A stretch of DNA of 64,000 nt, taken from a virus (Duplodnaviria; Caudoviricetes). Below, piece by piece: positions 54,122-63,129 of the stretch. Position 1 is the stretch's first letter, and each line of letters starts with the position of its first letter. A program made the position numbers and the translations under genes. The notes below the pieces were generated by a model that saw only the letters and a program-made list of their open reading frames with translations, made no database searches and had not been told where the DNA came from. Location: the IMG/VR virus record IMGVR_UViG_3300024346_000006. One strand, given 5' to 3'.

Positions 54122-55023
54122 AAATCTCTGTGTAAAATTATCATTGTTCCGTGTTGTTGATCTTGCAAAACTATTCTCTTATTTGGGTTTGATTTTATGT
54201 ATTTTCTAATATCAACAGCATCATCTTTTTCGATGAAGTTCTCCCATCTACCATACTTCTTTTTACCTCTCATAAATTTGTTAAAAGAATCTGGTTTTAC
54301 CTTGAATATTTTCATTCCAGCAAATTGATATGGATCTTGAATAAATCCACCAATGTTGGAAGAATCACCTACTACATTTGCAATATCCTCAACAACAAAT
54401 TCTTCCGCTATTTCTGGATATGTTTGTTTCATGATCTTTGCAAGAGTTCTTCCATCTACTCCAGAATATGTTTTTGCAATCTGGTCAGAATAATAATTAA
54501 TACTGTGTCTTAGACCTCTTATACCACCTTCTTTTTTCTTTCTCTGCAAAACTTTTAACAAAGTATCAAGAGCATGGTCGTATACTTTCTTTTTACCAGT
54601 TTTTGATTTAATGACATTTATTACGTCATTAGACCACATTTCATTTAGAAGTTCAGACTCTTTGTTATGGTATTCTTCTTCTAAAATATTAATATAATCT
54701 AACAATGCAACTTCCAGTAGTTGCAGGTCGTCTTCTTTTAAATTTTCTTTATTCTCTTTAAGAAGTGCCATTGCAGCTGCATAAGTTGCAATTCTAGATC
54801 TACCGCCTGGAAACTTTTCTAAAATTCTTTTGAGGTTAAAAATAATCTTATGAAAAACTGTGAAAGATTTTTTTTCTGCGTCTGTTTTCAGTTCATTAGT
54901 TTTTTTTAACTTATTCCCTTTATCATCAATAACACCATTCTTAAACGCCTCAGTGTCGCTCCAAGGAGTTGTTAGAATTTTAATAAACTGATATGCAAGG
55001 TAGGCATTAAATACTGATGCCAT
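54118..55023 (-). CDS. Hypothetical T4-like protein
   Basis: AYQFIKILTTPW...GVID..G...KK N-terminus; 301 aa. Confidence 0.65.
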   Translation of the reverse strand: MASVFNAYLAYQFIKILTTPWSDTEAFKNGVIDDKGNKLKKTNELKTDAEKKSFTVFHKIIFNLKRILEKFPGGRSRIATYAAAMALLKENKENLKEDDLQLLEVALLDYINILEEEYHNKESELLNEMWSNDVINVIKSKTGKKKVYDHALDTLLKVLQRKKKEGGIRGLRHSINYYSDQIAKTYSGVDGRTLAKIMKQTYPEIAEEFVVEDIANVVGDSSNIGGFIQDPYQFAGMKIFKVKPDSFNKFMRGKKKYGRWENFIEKDDAVDIRKYIKSNPNKRIVLQDQQHGTMIILHRDL

Positions 55024-55418
55024 TATATCTCTCCTAGAATTTGTACTATGTGGCTATCTCTTCCAATCATACTACTATCAATAGTCTTACCATTAACTCC
55101 TTCAATTTTATTTGGCAATCTATTTAAAAAGTCCAAAAAAGTTGCAAGAATATAATGTTGTTCTTCATCAATTTTCAAAAACAAAACTCTATTACAAGGC
55201 AATGTATTTAATACATTTAGTAATACTACTAAATGATTTATTATCAACCTTTCCTTCAAAACGCCTTTAGTATGATACTTATGGAAAAGTCTTTTGACAT
55301 ATTTTATTCTTTTCATGTCATCAAGAAACTCTTCCATATTATGACATTGAGGATTGTCATAATGTTTCATTTGATAATTGGCTACAGTTGTCTCCGTCAA
55401 ATTTTCAAAATTTTCCAT
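55023..55418 (-). CDS. Hypothetical T4-like protein
   Basis: HYDNPQC...EEF.DDMKR.KY.KRL...ERLI.NH. Confidence 0.65.
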   Translation of the reverse strand: MENFENLTETTVANYQMKHYDNPQCHNMEEFLDDMKRIKYVKRLFHKYHTKGVLKERLIINHLVVLLNVLNTLPCNRVLFLKIDEEQHYILATFLDFLNRLPNKIEGVNGKTIDSSMIGRDSHIVQILGEI

Positions 55419-55439
55419 GTTATATTTCTTTTTATTTTA

Positions 55440-55802
55440 TTATTGTGGTAAAACCTCTGTCAATTCAGTGATCAAATCTTCTTTCTTTTTTCTTCTGTCC
55501 AACTCAAGTCCATGGTCTCTACCAAGGGACTCTAATTCGATTTTAGTTAAATCACTTAATTCAACAGGCCGGTCTGATTCCTCAGAATCAGATTCTTCAG
55601 AACCAGATTCTGGTGTTTCAACAACCTCTACATTTTTCTTCGCAGAAGATTTTTTCTTTGGTGGAGCAAGTTCATCAATCTTATCTTTTAATCCATTGAT
55701 TTTTTTGTATACTTCACCAGTATTTTCGTTTTCCCATCCACGATTGGTTGCTACTGCATTTTTCATCCACTTCGCTGGGGTTGCCCATTTAGGTAATGAC
55801 AT
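55440..55802 (-). CDS. Small protein with C-terminal Rho-N/HeH-like motif
   Basis: LSDLTKIELESLGRDHGLELDRRKKKEDLITEL. Confidence 0.6.
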   Translation of the reverse strand: MSLPKWATPAKWMKNAVATNRGWENENTGEVYKKINGLKDKIDELAPPKKKSSAKKNVEVVETPESGSEESDSEESDRPVELSDLTKIELESLGRDHGLELDRRKKKEDLITELTEVLPQ

Positions 55803-55814
55803 TTAAGTTCTCCT

Positions 55815-58800
55815 CTATTTTATATAACTTGCAATTTTTTTGGCTCTGGGTTTATTACCGTATTTTTCCATCGCCATTTGTTCTACTTCTTTTTTAACTT
55901 GGTTCGTATTATATTTAGGGTTCATTTCTCTAACGATTTCTTCCATTTCCTTTGCATCTTTTTTATCGGAATTTTCAATGATTATATTGATTTCGTTAAT
56001 CTCTTCCCTTTTCATAATTTTATATGCAAGATCAACTAACTTAGGCAATGGAAGTTTTTCCATCTTAGACTTATTAGAGTCGTTGACCTTATCGTATATT
56101 TGAACAACTGCAGATGCAGTAAACAAATCAACGATAGTCCCTTTAATTTTCTTTGCCTGTTTGTTATCAACGATATCTCTCATATCATCAATAATAGACT
56201 CTGCAAAAAGTTCGGCCTCTTCTTTTAGTCCAAGTTTTTTTGCAAGGTCTGCGGCATCTTTGCCCATTCCATAAGAGTTGTCTTTGATTCTCTGTTTAAA
56301 CCAATTTTTAATTACTGGACGAGCATCACCCTTTGGATTTTTCTTACCAGCATCCGCAAGATCGTCAAACAATTCATCGTCACCCAAAAGACTATAAAGT
56401 ACCTCTGTTGCATCATCTCCCTCTTTTCCGAGAGTAATTGGTTTAGACATCAATTTCTTTAATGCAGTCACTTCGGATGACTTGTCAGCAAATGCCCAAG
56501 TACCTTCTTGCAAATCTTCATTTGTTAATTGGATTGCTTTGGAAATTGCAGGATCATCAGAAAGTCCTTTTGCAATCTTTTCAATTGTTCCGATAATCTG
56601 TGTCATATTACCACCCTTCCAACGAGGGTCATTAAGAACACCAAATGCCATCTTGTACTGTTTCGTAGAATACTTTTTCTCACTAATAGTTTCTAATTCT
56701 TCGAAAATTCTTGCTGCCTGTCCAAGAGATATAGTGTTAATCGCACCCATATCATCTAAAGTTCTAAACTTAATACTTGTTCTGTCTAGTTGTAGTTCGA
56801 CATCATAAACTTTTCCGTTTTTACCACGAATACTATAGATAATTCCATTTTTCATTTTTGGGCTACTACCCTTAATTTTTGGAGCACGTTCTGTAATTTC
56901 TTCTTTTATATCTACAGGCGAAACTGCCATATCTCCGAAAGCCATTGTAACTCCTCCATCTCTTTTGTACAAATATCTTTTAGCACTAGTAGGACTATCT
57001 TTTCTTGCCAGAGTAATTTTTTCTACTGTGCCGTTACGAACCATGTTCTTAGACTTGACAATATACTCAATAAAATCTTTACCCTTCTCTAACGCAGAGT
57101 CATGTTTGATTTTAACAGTAGAACCCTTTTTTAGTTTATCAAAAACTCTAAGTAACTTAGGGTCGTTCATCTTCATACCTTCAACCATTTCTGCCTTTGA
57201 AGACGCCTCTTGGACTTCTTCCTGTTTATGTTTTGCTCTGATTGTTGCAAGAAGTTCTTCACCCATTCTCTTACCCTGAGATGCACTAACATTAGTTGGA
57301 AACTTATCCATATTTGATGGTAAAGGCCTTCCAATCATTTTTTCGGATTCTTTTTGGCTCTGTGGTTTTGTAAGAGTAACAATCTTTAGAGTATTCTTAT
57401 TCTTGATCGACATAGGCGGCAGTTCTGCAGAAGCTCTAGACTGTTTAACACCCTTTTCGCTAGATGCCATCGCAACAACTTTGTTACCGTTTGCAGTATC
57501 AATCAGTGCATGGGTGTTTTTCATTGCTTCATTCATTTCTGGGGTTTCGTGAGAATATCCTAGTTTTTTCATGCGTTCATGATCTTCTGGTTTTTCTGCT
57601 TTGTAACCTTTACCTGTCTTTGGATCATACATCATATGTGGTTTGAATTCGCCTTCACCAAGTTCTACTTCTTCTTTGTACATGTTCAGTTCATATCTCT
57701 TGTTGTCAAGATTTGCAACTTGAATTTGTACACCTCTAGATTTACCCTTCTTATCAGTACCCATCAAACGATACGAATTAGTTTTTCCATTAGATGGTTT
57801 TTTAGGGCCCATAGCAACTTTATCGTCAATTTCATCTGGGTCGATTTCAATTCCAAGTTTTTTCTTTGCATGGTCATATGCATGTTTCATTGCACTAGAA
57901 AAGTCTTTGTGATATAACTCGTAACCAGTCGCAGACTTTGCTTCATCGAACCGCATTGAGTGTTGCCCAGTACTTCGAACCTTCTCTGCATCCTTCATAG
58001 TCTTGTAAGGTTTACCTTGGTTTACAAATTTACCCTTAGTCATAACCTGTACTTGGAAACCTTTGTTTGGGAGTTTATCAACACCCAACTCTTTACGAAT
58101 TTTGTCTTGTGCTTTGTTACCCAAATCAATGATACGAACCGTACCTTCTTTAGATGCTTCATCAAGATCTTCTCCAACAAGTCTTTTTGCATACGCATTA
58201 AACGACTTTTGATCTTCTACAGAGTCTTTACCTTTACCTAGACCTTGGAAAATTTCTCTCCATGCCTTTCCGTCATTCGTCTTTTTGAAGTATGCCTGCA
58301 GTTTAGCAGCAGTTTTTTTGTCAACATTTATAATTTCTTTATCATCATAAGATAGACTCCCAATTGCATGTTTACCAGCTCTAACTTCCCAACGTTCTTC
58401 TAAAATTTTATTAAAAATTTCTTCGGTGGTGATATCTTCTTTTCTATATCCAAGTTTCTTCAATTTCTCTTTAAATGCAGATTGTCTACCATCAAATTGC
58501 TTTTCGTTAGAAAGGTCTTTTTTACCTTGATCTTTATACATCAATTTCTGGAGTTTTTCTTTAAAGGCCTTTGTTCTACCATCCAATTCTTGTTTTTTAA
58601 TTTCGATAGAATCTTTTACAGCGTTTTCTAAATTTCCCCTGTCGTTACACATATCACATCCTTTACCTTCACACTTAACGCAAGGCATCTTTCCTTCTTT
58701 TACCGCCTTCGCAACTTTGTCAGAAATAGTGACAGGATACTCCTTATCGCCGAATTTAAATTTTGTCTTGCCTGCTGATTTCGCAGCACTAGCAGCACCA

Positions 58801-58970
58801 ATAAAGTCAGCAACATCTTCTTCTCTTACTTTTTTTGCAACATCCTTACTGATAGTGACAGGATACTCTTTATCGCCAAGTTTAAATTTTTTCTCACCAG
58901 CGGCCTGCGCTGCAGACGCTGCACCAATAAAGGCGGCAATGTCTTCAATTGTCATATTCTTTTTAAACAT
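55815..58970 (-). CDS. 1051-aa multi-module protein, putative capsid-internal polyprotein
   Basis: 42-aa N-terminal tandem repeat, CxxC-CxxC finger, many short modules separated by Glu-rich linkers. Confidence 0.6.
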   Translation of the reverse strand: MFKKNMTIEDIAAFIGAASAAQAAGEKKFKLGDKEYPVTISKDVAKKVREEDVADFIGAASAAKSAGKTKFKFGDKEYPVTISDKVAKAVKEGKMPCVKCEGKGCDMCNDRGNLENAVKDSIEIKKQELDGRTKAFKEKLQKLMYKDQGKKDLSNEKQFDGRQSAFKEKLKKLGYRKEDITTEEIFNKILEERWEVRAGKHAIGSLSYDDKEIINVDKKTAAKLQAYFKKTNDGKAWREIFQGLGKGKDSVEDQKSFNAYAKRLVGEDLDEASKEGTVRIIDLGNKAQDKIRKELGVDKLPNKGFQVQVMTKGKFVNQGKPYKTMKDAEKVRSTGQHSMRFDEAKSATGYELYHKDFSSAMKHAYDHAKKKLGIEIDPDEIDDKVAMGPKKPSNGKTNSYRLMGTDKKGKSRGVQIQVANLDNKRYELNMYKEEVELGEGEFKPHMMYDPKTGKGYKAEKPEDHERMKKLGYSHETPEMNEAMKNTHALIDTANGNKVVAMASSEKGVKQSRASAELPPMSIKNKNTLKIVTLTKPQSQKESEKMIGRPLPSNMDKFPTNVSASQGKRMGEELLATIRAKHKQEEVQEASSKAEMVEGMKMNDPKLLRVFDKLKKGSTVKIKHDSALEKGKDFIEYIVKSKNMVRNGTVEKITLARKDSPTSAKRYLYKRDGGVTMAFGDMAVSPVDIKEEITERAPKIKGSSPKMKNGIIYSIRGKNGKVYDVELQLDRTSIKFRTLDDMGAINTISLGQAARIFEELETISEKKYSTKQYKMAFGVLNDPRWKGGNMTQIIGTIEKIAKGLSDDPAISKAIQLTNEDLQEGTWAFADKSSEVTALKKLMSKPITLGKEGDDATEVLYSLLGDDELFDDLADAGKKNPKGDARPVIKNWFKQRIKDNSYGMGKDAADLAKKLGLKEEAELFAESIIDDMRDIVDNKQAKKIKGTIVDLFTASAVVQIYDKVNDSNKSKMEKLPLPKLVDLAYKIMKREEINEINIIIENSDKKDAKEMEEIVREMNPKYNTNQVKKEVEQMAMEKYGNKPRAKKIASYIK

Positions 58971-58998
58971 GAAAAATCTCCGTTTTTTTACTATTTAT

Positions 58999-61125
58999 CT
59001 ATTTTTTAACCTTGGCCCACAAATCTGCATCACCAGTAGTTCTTGTTTTCCCACCTGTGATAAAAGAATTCACTCTCGCAAACGCCCATTGTTGTGGAGT
59101 AGTTCCCGGCCTGTGGCCACCCTTCCAGGCCGCCATACCTCTATCATATACCTTTTTTAGAATTTCATATGAAATACCAGATTTATCTGCCTTTTTAACT
59201 AATCCAGCAATCTTTGCTTCGTCTAATGTCTCTGTACTATCTTCGCCAAACATCTGCTTATATTTCTTAGTATATTGTGAAGGTTTCGTTTCTGCATCTG
59301 TATCTCCAGGCGCTGGTTTATAAGAAGAATCTTTTCTATCTGGTTTAGATGCCTGTTTTTTAAAATGAGCAGCTCTTTTATCTTTAGTAGACTTGGACAT
59401 CTCATCACCATCAGCATCTTTTGCATAATACTTTTTTGGTTGAGATCCCTCTTTGTCTTTGATATCTGGGTCTTGAGTTGTCTTTCTTTCGTAAATAAAT
59501 TGTGAAAAACTTTTTATATTCTCTTCTAAATCTTCCGCAGAATAACCAAGTTTCTTTTTTAGTATATTCATTGCAGTTGCCATCTTAACTTGCATCCACT
59601 CATCGCCGTATCTTTTCTTAAAATCATCATCTGGCAAATCTTTTGCAATCTTTTCTAAATCCTTTTCTCTTTCTGGATTCATCTTAAAATCTTCTAGTTT
59701 ATTTCCGTCCTTGTCGTACTTACCAGATTTCTTTTTCGCAATCGCAATCGCAGCCTGTTGAGCTCTAGATACACCTTCATCTTTTCCAGAAATCCTGTCA
59801 CGGAAATCTTTTTTAATTTCTCCATCTGTCACTTTCTCAACATCTTGAATAATCTTTGGATTTTTTAATAATTTGCGTAGGTTGTTTTTAACTTCCCCAG
59901 CACTACTTGCATCTATATAAAAAGTAGGTAATCCTTCAATATCTACTTGATAATTTGCTTCCTCAAGACTTTCATATTTTAATTCTTTACTTGATGTAGA
60001 AAAATTCTTTTTACGCATGATTGTTTTATGTACAACTTCAAACTCACCATTCTTGTAATTGATGACTACAGGCAGATTTAAATTAGTTGACATGTCTTTG
60101 AGAACTGCTTCGATATCAGGATTTGACTTAATCTGCGAACCTTTTTTCTTTTGAATCTTTTTGAAAAACTTTTGAAGTTCTGCAACTTTAATCTCTGGGT
60201 CATTTCTTTTATCATTCATTCTGTCAACAAAATGTCTTGTAAATGTAACATCAATATCATACTTTGCAAGCATTCTATCTGCAAACTTTTCTAAATCATC
60301 AATTTGTTTTTGAGACACTTCCTCATTATTGTATATTTTTTTATATACCGTATCATAATCATCATCAATACCAATTTTAAAATCTAACTCTTTATAAACA
60401 GATTCCATCAATATTTCATCTTCGATATCTTCTACAATCTCTACAAATTCTGTTTCAATAAAACGTGAAAAGTCTGCATTGGTTGCTTCAAGAAACTCTA
60501 ACAATTCTTCACTTATATTCATTGACTTTCTGAGAGTATCAAATAATTTTTTTCCATTAGACTTTTCAAAGTCAGAAGGCAAACCAGATTTAAATCCGTT
60601 GAGTATTTTACCAGTTTTCGGGTCTTTCTCATCTTCATATCTATTTGCAGCTGCTGCTGCTCTCATTTTAGATGCTGACATACCAGCAACACCCTCTGCA
60701 TCAGGATCTCTTTCCCCCGCAGAAACTACTTCAATACCATCTTTAAAATCATAGAAACCATGGCTTCCTTCTTTACCATTATATTTGTTAAGTGTAGTTT
60801 TAAATTCTGTAACTCTATCTCCACCGACAACCATAATACATCTCTTATAACCCATGTCATATAACATAGGAGCAATCATAAATGCAGTCTTTGCATTTCT
60901 ATTAGAGATGATATTGCGAGAATACTTTGGAAACATCTTTTTCATAAAACCAACTTTAGTTTTATGATCTAAAGGATCTTTTTTGTCATTTTGTGAATGA
61001 CTAGGAAATACCATAAAGTCGGCGCCTTCTTTTTTAGCAACCGATGCAAGTTTTTTTATTAATTTTTCGTGTCCTGTGGTTGGGGGATTAAACCTACCAA
61101 ATGTAAAAATTACTGTATCTTTCAT
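58999..61125 (-). CDS. Cytidylyltransferase-like (HIGH-family nucleotidyltransferase) fused to several further modules
   Basis: TFGRFNPPTTGHEKL, VVGGDRV, MSASKMR; C-terminal VYDRGMAAW...HRPGTTPQQWAFARVNSF module. Confidence 0.8.
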   Translation of the reverse strand: MKDTVIFTFGRFNPPTTGHEKLIKKLASVAKKEGADFMVFPSHSQNDKKDPLDHKTKVGFMKKMFPKYSRNIISNRNAKTAFMIAPMLYDMGYKRCIMVVGGDRVTEFKTTLNKYNGKEGSHGFYDFKDGIEVVSAGERDPDAEGVAGMSASKMRAAAAANRYEDEKDPKTGKILNGFKSGLPSDFEKSNGKKLFDTLRKSMNISEELLEFLEATNADFSRFIETEFVEIVEDIEDEILMESVYKELDFKIGIDDDYDTVYKKIYNNEEVSQKQIDDLEKFADRMLAKYDIDVTFTRHFVDRMNDKRNDPEIKVAELQKFFKKIQKKKGSQIKSNPDIEAVLKDMSTNLNLPVVINYKNGEFEVVHKTIMRKKNFSTSSKELKYESLEEANYQVDIEGLPTFYIDASSAGEVKNNLRKLLKNPKIIQDVEKVTDGEIKKDFRDRISGKDEGVSRAQQAAIAIAKKKSGKYDKDGNKLEDFKMNPEREKDLEKIAKDLPDDDFKKRYGDEWMQVKMATAMNILKKKLGYSAEDLEENIKSFSQFIYERKTTQDPDIKDKEGSQPKKYYAKDADGDEMSKSTKDKRAAHFKKQASKPDRKDSSYKPAPGDTDAETKPSQYTKKYKQMFGEDSTETLDEAKIAGLVKKADKSGISYEILKKVYDRGMAAWKGGHRPGTTPQQWAFARVNSFITGGKTRTTGDADLWAKVKK

Positions 61126-61508
61126 GACCCTGCTCTTGTGATTTTAGTGATTCTTTCAATCTGTTGATTGATAATAGCCTCTCTATTGGGCCAGTAAATA
61201 TACTCTTTTTCTTTATTCTTCATTAGATTATTTAGAAGAGGCATTATCAAGTTCTCCACCTCTTGTAATTTATTTGATACAATAACTTTCTCATTTTCAT
61301 AGTAATCTTTTACTATAGAAACTTCATCCAACATACTTCCAAGGCGGTCTGCAAGATTGTCCATTTTATATTCTAAAAGTTTTACGCTCTCGCCTGTAGT
61401 CTCCAACTGAGAAGACATCTCTTGAGTATGGGTAGATGTACCAGTTAATCCTTTAAGATCATCTTCATCTACTGCTGTAAAACCAAAATCTATATCGTCT
61501 TGTGTCAT
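61122..61508 (-). CDS. Hypothetical coiled-coil protein
   Basis: DFGFTAVDE...PLLNNL.KN.EKEYIYWPNR. Confidence 0.6.
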   Translation of the reverse strand: MTQDDIDFGFTAVDEDDLKGLTGTSTHTQEMSSQLETTGESVKLLEYKMDNLADRLGSMLDEVSIVKDYYENEKVIVSNKLQEVENLIMPLLNNLMKNKEKEYIYWPNREAIINQQIERITKITRAGS

Positions 61509-61786
61509 GTGTCAAACCTATGAATTTTTATTTCTAATTTTCCACAGTCATATCCTTTTATGACTCTGTGAAAAACTCCTTTTTTTATTTTCAACATCAT
61601 TCCTTCCAAAAGGAGAAAAGGAAATTCGTCATCATACTGAAAGTGCCATCCATCGGAGTATAATATTTCAACCAATCTAGTTTCATTGTCTCTGTGCCAC
61701 ACTAAATCATTTACATCAGAATCGCCAGAAAATGTTCTCTTTACTGTTCTTTCATTAATTACTGTTTCAATATATGGAACCATCAT
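61505..61786 (-). CDS. Small cupin-like protein
   Basis: LVWHRD...GWHFQYDDE.P...IKKGVFHRVIKG. Confidence 0.6.
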   Translation of the reverse strand: MMVPYIETVINERTVKRTFSGDSDVNDLVWHRDNETRLVEILYSDGWHFQYDDEFPFLLLEGMMLKIKKGVFHRVIKGYDCGKLEIKIHRFDT

Positions 61787-61796
61787 AAATCACCTA

Positions 61797-62339
61797 TTAC
61801 CAGAAAAAATTACCACCACCACTTAATCCAAGTTGTTTTGCATACTTTGGAAGTCTACATGCCCAATAGCCTGGTTTTGTCTTATCGTTTTTCTGATCGC
61901 AATTATGTCTTGCAACAAAACTCTTTCTTGCCTCTGGGTCATTAATTTTTGCAGTCAATCCTGTTGTATCCCCAAATGAAATCTTAATTACATTTCCTTT
62001 ATCATTTTTAACATATACATAATACTTTTTCTTACCACCCCTCTTTGGGGAATTCAATTCTACATCTTCTTCCATCAAGGGGCAGTCTAAAGGAACATAT
62101 ACGGCATCAAATTCTTGTTTCTCAAACATCGCCCACTCACCAATATCTGTTTGTAACATTTCAATGTCGTAAAGGTCAAACTCGAGCTTACCTTCTTCAT
62201 ATAATTTTCTCGCCACTCTAAAGGTTTTGTAAAAATTATTTGAACCTAGACGAAAGACATTATCAATTAGTGGTATTTCATTCTGTCTATGATACAACAC
62301 CATTTCTTCTATATTTTGAAACTGTTTATAAGTTTTCAT
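61797..62339 (-). CDS. Putative capsid-internal protein with CTS-like N-terminus
   Basis: Probable start MKTYKQFQNIEE (ATGA overlap at 62336-62339); C-terminal KKYYVYV...ISFGD...RKSF.ARH.C. Confidence 0.6.
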   Translation of the reverse strand: MKTYKQFQNIEEMVLYHRQNEIPLIDNVFRLGSNNFYKTFRVARKLYEEGKLEFDLYDIEMLQTDIGEWAMFEKQEFDAVYVPLDCPLMEEDVELNSPKRGGKKKYYVYVKNDKGNVIKISFGDTTGLTAKINDPEARKSFVARHNCDQKNDKTKPGYWACRLPKYAKQLGLSGGGNFFW

Positions 62340-62839
62340 CTCAATAACTTCTCCAATTCTCTCATAGTCTTCGCTGGATTGATATGACGAATACCAATAC
62401 CACCTTTCGCTTCCCATTCTTTTATATTCTTAGGATAATCATCAATTAGAATATTTGGTTTATCATTTGTTGTAGCAAATTTCTGTTTATCTTCTCGTTG
62501 GACTAAATGTATTTTTCCATTCAATCTCAAATTTTTTGAAATCCAAGCTCTTTTACCTTTTTGCGAATTCGAATCTCTTTTGGAATATGCAGATAAAATG
62601 TTTGCATTGTACTTGTTTAACATTTTCCACATCTTTTCCGAGCCTGACATCCATGGTAGGGTGTGCCAAAAATCTTTCTTGGATTTAATATCTTCCCATC
62701 TTTCTTCTTTGTCGGTTGATGCAAAGTCTTTATTAAATGCGGTTGTATAACCGCCTGTGAAATTACAAAGAACTTCGTCCATATCACAATAAATTTCTGG
62801 CATTTCTTTTTCAAAAATATATTGATTGAAAGTTTTCAT
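62336..62839 (-). CDS. HAD-family 5'-nucleotidase-like protein with CTS-like N-terminus
   Basis: MKTFNQYIFE; IYCDMDEVL (DxD), ILS, LIDDYPKN. Confidence 0.75.
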   Translation of the reverse strand: MKTFNQYIFEKEMPEIYCDMDEVLCNFTGGYTTAFNKDFASTDKEERWEDIKSKKDFWHTLPWMSGSEKMWKMLNKYNANILSAYSKRDSNSQKGKRAWISKNLRLNGKIHLVQREDKQKFATTNDKPNILIDDYPKNIKEWEAKGGIGIRHINPAKTMRELEKLLR

Positions 62840-63129
62840 TTCATTAAACCTTTTATTACTTTTAGTGCCATCTTACCATCTGGGTGATGCGGATTAATAC
62901 TGACTTCATCCCCATTAACAAAATCAGAAATACTAGCTGACTTGCCAAGAGCAGTAATTGCTTTGTGTAGTGGATCTTTTGGATCGTATCTTCGTTCAAA
63001 ATTGGGTTTTCCTCTTAGTTCGACCCAGCTCTTTTCTTTAGTATCCCACATCTTAAGTACATCTTGATCTTTACCACGAACCAATTTGAGCTTAATACCT
63101 TCAGAAAGATATTGAGTAAAACCTAACAT
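62836..63129 (-). CDS. Small protein with CTS-like N-terminus
   Basis: MLGFTQYLSE; 97 aa. Confidence 0.55.
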   Translation of the reverse strand: MLGFTQYLSEGIKLKLVRGKDQDVLKMWDTKEKSWVELRGKPNFERRYDPKDPLHKAITALGKSASISDFVNGDEVSINPHHPDGKMALKVIKGLMK

